Shown: piece by piece, positions 58,701-64,000 of the stretch
How the letters are laid out: every line of letters starts with the position of its first letter
Numbering within the stretch: position 1 is the first letter of the stretch
From: a virus
Strand: one strand, 5' to 3'
Length of the DNA: 64,000 bases
Virus record (IMG/VR): IMGVR_UViG_3300025120_006500
Location: 2,685 to 66,684 of that record
Notes under the pieces: model-generated
What the model saw: the letters and a program-made list of their open reading frames with translations, nothing else
Told to the model about the DNA's origin: nothing
Database searches by the model: none
Made by a program: the position numbers and the translations under genes

Positions 58701-61700
58701 AAGAAGTCAACAACCTGTTGTGGAGTTGTAAACTCATAACCATATGGAGTGTTTATTTTAAGATCTTGATAGTTGTTATATATTGTACCTTTAAGATTTT
58801 GCACAGTAACACTAGTAGCATTGTTGTTAACTACACTAGGTATTATAGTAAAGAAAGGACTTTTTGTATCGTACCCCCTGACAGAATATCCAAGATTTGT
58901 TTTTTCTATAATAACAGCTGAGTATGTTATAGTACTAGTTGGAGTTGATTTATATAACACAACATCATAATTTTCATCTGGCAATAATACTGAGTTTGCT
59001 GTAGAGTTCGGTGAACTTTGTTCAGCTAATACTTTAAGATATTTCTTATCACTAAATCCTGCCATCTTGTATGCTAATTTTACATTATAATCTCTTAGCA
59101 TAGGTTTAATTTTTGTTGTTGGGTTTATTCCTAAATTACGTAGATTGTCAGCTATGTAGTTAATATACCCAGCACCACGATATATCTCAGTAGTAACAAC
59201 ATCCATTGATGTTACACCAGCTGATGTTTTAGTATAAACATTACCACCATTGAAATTAATATCGCTTTGTCTAATATGATGATTATCTGTTGTTACTAGA
59301 TATTGATTTAGTTCATGATTCTTTTGTACTTTGTAAGTGTCAACAAATTGTCCAAAGTAAACAGCCGGTGTCAGTACTGACGCGGCCTGTTGCATTGCAA
59401 AAGGAAAATCAACACTAGACATCCAAGCCCATTCTGTTGGTCCTAGCTGTCCAGGTGCCCACGCACCACTGGCATACTTGGCATTAGTTCCTTGTGCTAT
59501 TACTTTTTCAGGACTTATTAAATATCCATTTTCATCTACTGGTATTACCTGTGTTAGTTTTGGTCGTACATATCTTGGATCAATACCTACACCTTCACCT
59601 AGATCCAATAGTGATCGAGGTCCTTGACGAATTCTCCCGGCTTCAAGGTCAGTCCATAATAAATCGTTAGCACCAGTATAAGGAGCAGGACCATAATAAT
59701 CAGTCCACCAACTTGGTGCAATACTAAAACCTAACATTTCCCATGGACGTTGATGTGGGTATATGGTATCATAATAGAATTGATACACTGCACGCCAACT
59801 GCCTTTCATATATTCTTGATCTAGTCTATCAACAAATCTAGAAAAGTTCCAAGTAAACGGACCATTGTTTTCAAATGTACTATTTGTTGAGAAGTCAACT
59901 CTATTAGCACCTACCCAAGTTAAAAAGCTGTTGCTTAATACTTGCCATACTTCATCGTAGCTGTATGGATTTTCTTCTACTGTTCTAAATTTGCCCGGTA
60001 ACAGATTAGTTATAGACATACTCTGATCAGTATCTGGTAATTTAATATTATTAAATATTCTTTTTTCTAGTTCAAGTAAAAAGCTATCTCTAAAGTCATT
60101 AAATGCCGGAGTAATACTACCATCGTGCCCACGTACAACATTTATAGTACTTTGGTATGTGTCATCTGCAACTAGTTCAGGCACAAACTTAGGATACAAG
60201 CCTAGCTTGGTTGGTGTTTCAGGAACATAAGTCCCATCGGTATTTGTTATTTCAACAATAGTTATAACATCGTCGACAGCAAAAGTTATGTTAGTTAAAT
60301 CAAATGTTACTGCTGGCCTTGTAGTATCAAATACGTAGTCTATTCCTAATACTAATTGCACATTATTTTTATATACCAACACTGCTTTATTACTCAGTGT
60401 AGTGCTTGAGAATACATTTGATAATTCATAGCTTGTGGTTAAGGTATCAAATACGATATAGTTTATGGTATTCCTTAATGTACTGTAAGGAACCATATCA
60501 CTATAGAACCATGGATCACTTGATGTCTTATGGATGTTAATCTGTTGCATTATTGTGTCAACACTCTTGCTAGGATTAGTATGATCAAGTCCACTTATTG
60601 TTGAGCAAAGTTCAAGGAATTTATTTCTAAATTTAGTGTATTCTCTTTGTGCTAGCTGTATACCGTTTGTAAAGTTTGCCTGGCTGTCCATTAAGAATAG
60701 TTCAGCATAAGGTATTGGTGCTGAATGCTGTAATATAGTTCCGCCCTGTGCTCGTACTTCTATATCTCTTAAATTACAACTTCCTAAAATATCGCCAACA
60801 ACTGTTGTGCTATTTCTATTCAACCCAACAACGTGATTTCTAATAGTACCTAAAGTAATATCAGTAAGGTCAGTATTTTGTGCATTGTTGTCTAGATTAA
60901 GTGGGACACCATAAAAGCCTGTATCACTAACTTGACTACTGTAAACTAATATATCAATAACATCATTAGTGTTCGGAGTAGTGTTTAAGCTCACACTACT
61001 TCTACCATCAATACCTGCAGTAACAGTCCAGTCTGTAGTTTTTAGATAAAACTCATTCTTAAATACTTTCAGATATGGAATACTGTTTGATGTGCCCTGA
61101 TAGGTTTGTTCGTTTGCTGTTATATCTAGTGCAAATGAGTTTGTACCTTGATATGTAAACTTAAACTGTTGATACTGTCTGCTAGGTTCGATTACAGTTA
61201 CCCAAGTATTCTTCTTAGTAACAGTATGGCTATCAGTAATACTTTGTAAAAATCCTTGATTTACATATCTTGTAGTTTCTACATTATCAGTAACATAATT
61301 AAATGTATCTGTATTAAAGTAATTTAAAAACAGTATATCGCCTTGGCTAGTAAAACTTCTATAGCTTAAAGGAAATCCTAACACTGCATCATCTGTTCCT
61401 GTTGTAGCTCTAACATAACCAAATAATTTTGTTCCGTCGAATGTACTACGAGGATATGCAGTTACATCACTGAGTGATGTTCCACTGTCATTAACAATAT
61501 CATATAGTGGATCTTGTTGAAGTAAGGTTTTCTGTTGTGATAAAATCCATACTGTGCCGTCATACCAATACTGTTGGCCTTTGCTTTGTCCTTCAGTAGC
61601 TACAACTGTATCATTTAAGTTAAGATCACCATCTGAAGCTTTTACTAATTTAATATGGAAGTCACCACTAGGTCGACCAAAACTATCAACTTCGTATTGT

Positions 61701-63787
61701 ACTAAGGTTAAGTCATATATTTTATCTTTAACTAAGGGATCTTGATCGGCCGCAAAAATTACACGCATACCACTATATAAGGTAACACCAAATTCTTCTG
61801 CACTTACTTTGCCTTCTAGGTCTTCGAACGCATTTGTAATTTGTGTATCAATAATCTGTACAGGTGTTTTACCAATTCGACCATTATTGAATAACTGTAT
61901 ATCATCTTTAAATTGTATAATAGGACGTTTAGCTCTTAGGTCTTGATCAAGTATAGTAACATCGCTATTATATTTTGCTGTATCAATGATTACCTGTTGA
62001 TGACACCAACAGTTATTTCTTGCCCAAGCATTTAGATCTAGACTACTTCTATCACTGGTAATATATTCTGGGAATACCGCGGCCGCAAAAGCATCATATA
62101 CCTGCGTACCTGATGGAATTCCTGTACCTGTTACTGTTAGTCCTTTAGTAATTGCGGCAACCGAATCATAAGTTTCTATTTTTGTTGCACTTACAGAAAC
62201 ATCGTTAGCAACTTCGATTGTGAGTGTACCTATTGTAAGATTTGTACCAGCAGTAATTATTGCATTAGTTGCTTTGTTAAGTATTATCTGTTGTAATGGA
62301 TAGTTTGTAGCTATCTCAGTGTTATATGCCTCTGGTTTAACCAGTAGAGTTTCATCTACTAATCTAATTGCTACACCTACATTTTCAACATAATATGTTT
62401 TCTGTTGATACGTAATCGGAGTAACGTCATTGTCAAACTTAATTTTTAATCCACTAGTAAATGCTACACCATTTGGTGATGTATAATTAAGTTGCCCTAG
62501 TATGTCTGTGTCAACATCAATTTCAAAGTCATTAAATTCTACGATCTTAAGAGTGGTGTAGATATCACTACGTAGTGAATCCTGTACAAAAAGATAATCT
62601 GCTGTTGCAGTAATCAATGGCATTGGCTCTAAGAAGCCGGTGAACTCTTTATAAAATTCAAAGTTTGCATAAAAGATACCATACTTGATATATACCTTTT
62701 GTTCTTGTGGTATTACTGTGGTATCGTATAGATTAATTAGGAAAGTATCTTCATATGGTAACAGTTGTATTTTCCAAACATTGTAACGAACGTCTGTTGG
62801 AACAGTACTACCTTTAGGATATGTTAGAGAATATGTTCCTGAAGAGTCTTCACCACTGACAGTCCAGTTAGTTTCAGAATTTACTAGTAAGTCCTGTTTA
62901 ACAAACACGCCTGTCTTACCATCCAACGTGCCAGCGAGGCCTGCATACTCTGGGTAAAGGGCTACGAAGTCTGTAAGTTTTGTATTTTGTATAGTATCAA
63001 ATGCTACAGGGAGTGCAAAGTCGACATTTTGTACAGTAGTCATTGCAATGAATCTATCTTGTGCATTTTTCTGTGGAACATTAAATGTTACTGTTCCTTC
63101 TTCTTCGCCATTATTAGTTACTCCAAGTACATCTCTAGAACTTTGTGTTGGAGTTGCATTAACTAATCCGTCTGTTCCTAGTTCGCTTTGTATCCAAAAA
63201 CCAGCTGGTGCTTGATTAACTTTGAATGTATACGTTCCACCACGAGCTAGTACTAAGGTATTATTTTTTGTACCATCATCAGTATAGTCATAAGTGTTTG
63301 TATTATCATTTCTTGTAACTGTATAATCTGTTTCTAATTGAACTCCGCTAGTGTTTACCTCTACCTTTGACGGACCGTTTGGTAACCAATAGTATTGACT
63401 AAAGTTTACAAACGTATCAAATTCTATATGTGGATCATAGCTGTAATATTCACTGGCAAACAATCTACTGTCGTCATTGATAAGTCCACCGTAGTATTGT
63501 ACCTCATTAAGAGTATCAATATAGGTTGCAAGGAACGTAGTATTGTTTAATGTATCTTTGATAATGGTAGTAGGTTCTAACTGATAGTCTTGTCTTTCTT
63601 TAGTATCTTCAATTACATAACTATCACCTAACTGGTAAGTTGGAGCAAACTGTCTACCTATGTAACCAAATAGATTTTTTAAATTTGGTTCACTAATCAG
63701 CTGATCTAGTGTAGCTGATAAGAACTTCTCGTTTGTAGGTGTACGGAAGGTTCCTGGTAGTAAAGTTAGACTTTTTCTAGTTGCCAT
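49769..63787 (-). CDS. Giant 4672-aa virion structural protein (baseplate/tail hub-like) with an FG-GAP propeller
   Basis: Uninterrupted 14-kb ORF in the structural module; FG...GAP repeats; NPG.GY...PTV repeats; W....Y..GD.V modules. Confidence 0.8.
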   Translation of the reverse strand: MATRKSLTLLPGTFRTPTNEKFLSATLDQLISEPNLKNLFGYIGRQFAPTYQLGDSYVIEDTKERQDYQLEPTTIIKDTLNNTTFLATYIDTLNEVQYYGGLINDDSRLFASEYYSYDPHIEFDTFVNFSQYYWLPNGPSKVEVNTSGVQLETDYTVTRNDNTNTYDYTDDGTKNNTLVLARGGTYTFKVNQAPAGFWIQSELGTDGLVNATPTQSSRDVLGVTNNGEEEGTVTFNVPQKNAQDRFIAMTTVQNVDFALPVAFDTIQNTKLTDFVALYPEYAGLAGTLDGKTGVFVKQDLLVNSETNWTVSGEDSSGTYSLTYPKGSTVPTDVRYNVWKIQLLPYEDTFLINLYDTTVIPQEQKVYIKYGIFYANFEFYKEFTGFLEPMPLITATADYLFVQDSLRSDIYTTLKIVEFNDFEIDVDTDILGQLNYTSPNGVAFTSGLKIKFDNDVTPITYQQKTYYVENVGVAIRLVDETLLVKPEAYNTEIATNYPLQQIILNKATNAIITAGTNLTIGTLTIEVANDVSVSATKIETYDSVAAITKGLTVTGTGIPSGTQVYDAFAAAVFPEYITSDRSSLDLNAWARNNCWCHQQVIIDTAKYNSDVTILDQDLRAKRPIIQFKDDIQLFNNGRIGKTPVQIIDTQITNAFEDLEGKVSAEEFGVTLYSGMRVIFAADQDPLVKDKIYDLTLVQYEVDSFGRPSGDFHIKLVKASDGDLNLNDTVVATEGQSKGQQYWYDGTVWILSQQKTLLQQDPLYDIVNDSGTSLSDVTAYPRSTFDGTKLFGYVRATTGTDDAVLGFPLSYRSFTSQGDILFLNYFNTDTFNYVTDNVETTRYVNQGFLQSITDSHTVTKKNTWVTVIEPSRQYQQFKFTYQGTNSFALDITANEQTYQGTSNSIPYLKVFKNEFYLKTTDWTVTAGIDGRSSVSLNTTPNTNDVIDILVYSSQVSDTGFYGVPLNLDNNAQNTDLTDITLGTIRNHVVGLNRNSTTVVGDILGSCNLRDIEVRAQGGTILQHSAPIPYAELFLMDSQANFTNGIQLAQREYTKFRNKFLELCSTISGLDHTNPSKSVDTIMQQINIHKTSSDPWFYSDMVPYSTLRNTINYIVFDTLTTSYELSNVFSSTTLSNKAVLVYKNNVQLVLGIDYVFDTTRPAVTFDLTNITFAVDDVITIVEITNTDGTYVPETPTKLGLYPKFVPELVADDTYQSTINVVRGHDGSITPAFNDFRDSFLLELEKRIFNNIKLPDTDQSMSITNLLPGKFRTVEENPYSYDEVWQVLSNSFLTWVGANRVDFSTNSTFENNGPFTWNFSRFVDRLDQEYMKGSWRAVYQFYYDTIYPHQRPWEMLGFSIAPSWWTDYYGPAPYTGANDLLWTDLEAGRIRQGPRSLLDLGEGVGIDPRYVRPKLTQVIPVDENGYLISPEKVIAQGTNAKYASGAWAPGQLGPTEWAWMSSVDFPFAMQQAASVLTPAVYFGQFVDTYKVQKNHELNQYLVTTDNHHIRQSDINFNGGNVYTKTSAGVTSMDVVTTEIYRGAGYINYIADNLRNLGINPTTKIKPMLRDYNVKLAYKMAGFSDKKYLKVLAEQSSPNSTANSVLLPDENYDVVLYKSTPTSTITYSAVIIEKTNLGYSVRGYDTKSPFFTIIPSVVNNNATSVTVQNLKGTIYNNYQDLKINTPYGYEFTTPQQVVDFLISYERFLEAQGFRFDQIDDDLAELRSFKLSVKEFLFWAQQGWNNGSLLILSPVTNSISVVTDGVIVDAITDESQGSRVIDQNFNVIKNTGYTVQRSATNFNVSLTTDNVLALVVLNLVQYEHVLTFDNVTVFNDVIYQPQLGNRQYRLKLVGQKTAEWDGSLFAPGFIYNNNIVPSWAPGQDYLKGDLVDFKSQYYVALQDVAGTTEFSFVLWKQISQDEIQTGLLTNFQTLAVQSQSYYDDYGKIKNETEQDQSNGLIGFKKRQWFEDLGMSDTTQVEFYKGYIKQKGTANAINGLKDATFNNISGNISFYEEWAMRTGEYGALGSNPYVEIPLEESAFSVNPAIAQFVDTGDAGLANDVTIFSIDQTYRKSDSFNANIALNRTSSSDYEDDILTAGYVNIDDISTTIFDIKTYTDLDANLSQIGSGYTIWCAKDFDDKWNVFRVTETDNQVVGLVNELDGYISWTTNTPHGLSENDVFVIQGFSTEFDGFYQVYSTPDLETITVNYFGDADNLTSLTTLTAVAPFYKLASSRFEYMEDARIYGLSEPINGWKVGDKIWIDTDAETTTATGQSYDTESGTWKVYEKTEPWDYDQTLLKASTSYKKDDGFGKSVKLSYDGLTATIGSPFANSTPYSGGSEEITGVVNVFAQNFQGNFEIGTQLIPYAGNAAITNREFGYSIDQANPGQVVVGSPGSYGNIGFVYVYNRAEGTSNYDVPQIVWSGNLSATRPTMDRFGEAVSVDQNGTWLYVGAPGSDKVYVYGRNDHVTLEKDTISINNRNTLSLSGNTFTASPGDHITMPSTGGEAIVLEGRWTNNSNIIVDNLSGFTGTGNIFINSIDSSTNIAAPNGRTYTISNINIITTSFTPNCSLSAESLKVSNSNRVFIANLDYTLNGTTITFKNNLVQDTYVIEQAPYYSLANTIQGEANSKFGSAVDCSLDGAQLGVGAPSGNVFARGGWQANAGSVFMYDRTIEAFNTTGLADYITTEDIDLVHRVTVEDVEVDNYFLPSGIGTNTLRFINPPASGQIVKIETNKLFLLETLSGVTTLEGNTSTVQANAAFGTSLTICSNNCAIYIGAPYYNNGTAYGVGAVWKFHNRGTLYGTNTGFTFDPTFTAGDTLRLNNFEVTVSGRMMPGNVLASTVTEVTSIPLIYATSNVLTLSSNVRANVGDLISQDLGSAYYANVTVMANTAGSGSRHLSTGGNIKLGGSQTGNLFTFNSGTIRVKGVSTTAFPVASIDSLVKDVNDANILGISSESVNYQWQLNSTTTTSKNLMRINAGQPSGSDGVLADADMRVFAFMQIILNPYNTVGENFGSKVVLAQNAYMLVIGSEKGTTKGYTTFDTKTMVLDQTSTRFFDSISGSGSVYVYELYDDPRNEVEQPGRYAFAQQLNSGQLNPGDQFGTAVDTINGYILVSAPGDDTTLNDAGSVYIFNNPTMQRGWDLIRYQQPQVDVNSVNRLYLYNSLENEIHTNLQFIDPAKGKIVGQADQDISFKTEYDPAVYNKGKNANTNYYWGTVQVGQVWWNLEALRYIDYEQGSLTYRSINWGRLFPGSVVEICEWVESTVLPSQYVENGGEGVPKFADDSHYVEITQVDETTNIIISKYYYWVTDKTSVDPNNDTRNLPIVSIANLIENPKEQGISYAAIIQQNAVTVYNVSQYLSASNTILHIDYDYVINTNIIHSEYDLVQKKNPDSLIPSRISDKMIDSLSGIDSIGDVVPDPKLSVADRYGIFIRPRQGMFIDRLRAMTDLILYVNSVLIKKPIARQYDLTGMLAQEAKPSLKLGEYDLEVDTEIDLEYINTTPLATGYKVLVNQNTEQDNLWTLHSLNADKTWEIIQVQSYKSSLYWSYIDWYATGFGPDEFIEFVVETLPDVAGVGVRPGDEVLVKVANGQGGGWNLLTVAEDGTYVVVGIENGTIKLNETLGDFNDNGIGFGNQGYSANRFDQSPNIEIRYIIEALQNDIFINELQGEFNNLFFVMINYLFSEQKNVDWIFKSSFLSVTHFLRELTQPPDYIRDNTSYYQSYIEEIKPYRTKIREYITEYKGDDTYQGSTTDFDLPSYYDPELKRYRSPDGTYPTKDTQLWSTGYLNEGGVSTLINEMYPQWYQNRNFHVSTIIITNPGQGYANIPTVTVSGGGQGNANMQATATATIDGDTGTVTSITVVTEGSGYYLTPTVTINGSSSIPAEGYAVLENNDVRTFDSTLKFDRITYDSSVQNWQSNTFFEANTIVSYLGEGYKVTANLTTGIIFNPGDYTVYSAELFNNANDRIMAYYDPQDDMPAKDLKQLIHGIDYPGVKVTGIPFNQGDGFAGSITANVTFNAAHGLVSGHTGNLIIQPEADVLINFANAITANVGQFITQDGSLANVTVYGNTVQNGTFHGNIVNSLSGYFLKNNNNNFNTTGNLFLDGAPLAANVFVANLDFGGAYTWSNSIIRPISSTIGGNTQIAFDVVDASISVTKVWSSVKVQGTIQTTADFISGYTANTQANVSYRGGNVQVDGIWKSAYPLSVDILSSTAGTRYDTSVFDNVEYDEDGIATSSSYDLDTIIRSTYAGAESVEEIDVDGGEYVDTYGSHAPQELIPGRTFDSLEIVTYTKINQGGNIANVGNVIAYRLWDNMVDDTVYTRVSDSFSTWLTTELTEGGKEDTLTVDDASRLTIPNAGKNTPGVIWLGAERITYWSVIGNTLGQVRRGTQGTAQGLQTVGTRVVDGSKDQIVPSSALGNVTLSANTTYVATTFVPYILELSANLQANVGDIITQASGGNVTVIGGNSIAKSIWVNFNGTDNFTYSNVVVTLSGNVSANVGDVITQPSSDANAQVSISNAGKTSVQIRYNGITPLSLGTGNIIAINGSNVTIFPTNSNAVPVLSSNLTVKGSFTNVYPIARTLQGNVTPWVGGGNVTIGKGSILTQTNSWYSAGANTATDGRGFDGDTTSQILFLKAAYADGLFDSLPDLIITEDAINTISTEDGTDLLEGERG

Positions 63788-63825
63788 TATGCTCTTGTTC
63801 TCGATTGTTTTTATTCATTTTTAAA

Positions 63826-63999
63826 TTAGTAACCATAACCACCGCCGCTACTGCCACCACTACTGCTACTGCCACTACTGCCACTACTGCTACTACTACC
63901 ACTGCTACTACTACCACTGCTACTAGTACTGCTACCTGACATTTCACTGTCTGCCATTAGAGTGCCGTCTGGCATATAATGGAAACCTTCAGGTGCTAC
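63826..63999 (-). CDS. 3' end of an upstream gene with a Ser/Gly-rich tail
   Basis: Hand translation VAPEGFHYMPDGTLMADSEMSGSSTSSSGSSSS...GGSSGGGYGY-stop; runs off the window. Confidence 0.7.
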   Translation of the reverse strand, partial: VAPEGFHYMPDGTLMADSEMSGSSTSSSGSSSSGSSSSSGSSGSSSSGGSSGGGYGY

Positions 64000-64000
64000 T

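Noticed and set aside
63840-63935. CTA/CTG/CCA microsatellite-like tract
   Set aside because: Explained as Ser/Gly codons of a - strand gene tail.
1-64000. Stop-codon reassignment, tRNAs, integrase, transposase or diversity-generating retroelement
   Set aside because: Code 11 gives dense full-length ORFs ending in TAA, TAG and TGA; gaps are short and explained by promoters or small ORFs; no cloverleaf, recombinase or reverse transcriptase seen.

Overview
An AT-rich, gene-dense 64-kb segment of a large lytic tailed dsDNA phage (myovirus-like; inference from gene content). It reads in standard code 11, and I saw no tRNA, rRNA, CRISPR array, integrase or transposase. The left arm (1-25.85 kb, + strand) has seven near-consensus sigma70 promoters, four of them leaderless. 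It carries a 7-deazaguanine gene set: a TGT/DpdA-like fragment, folE, queD, queE and a second QueD paralogue with the DpdL-type LxxxHRHxF motif, coupled to a GT-B glycosyltransferase and a short DegT-like aminotransferase. It also has metK, a cobalamin-binding radical SAM enzyme, a subtilase with an OMP-like tail, a phosphoribosyltransferase, a HIT protein, two nucleases, a MoxR/vWA pair, folA, thyA and an epimerase. The right arm (25.8-64 kb, - strand) uses T4-late-like ATAAATA elements. It holds a 4672-aa structural protein with FG-GAP repeats, fibre genes, and a tightly coupled ~18-kb operon of glycosyltransferase-like genes, seven tandem radical SAM enzymes with an N-terminal twitch/SPASM-like Cys domain, two SGNH-like proteins, a carbamoyltransferase and an APS-kinase-like protein. 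Best candidates for an undescribed system: (1) that late operon as virion-decoration machinery, with a dense [G/A/S]-N-[V/I/L/T] motif in neighbouring structural proteins as possible target; (2) a DpdL-glycosyltransferase-aminotransferase route to a new DNA base; (3) riboswitch-like leaders ahead of folE and queD. All functional calls are from motif recognition by eye; no searches were run.
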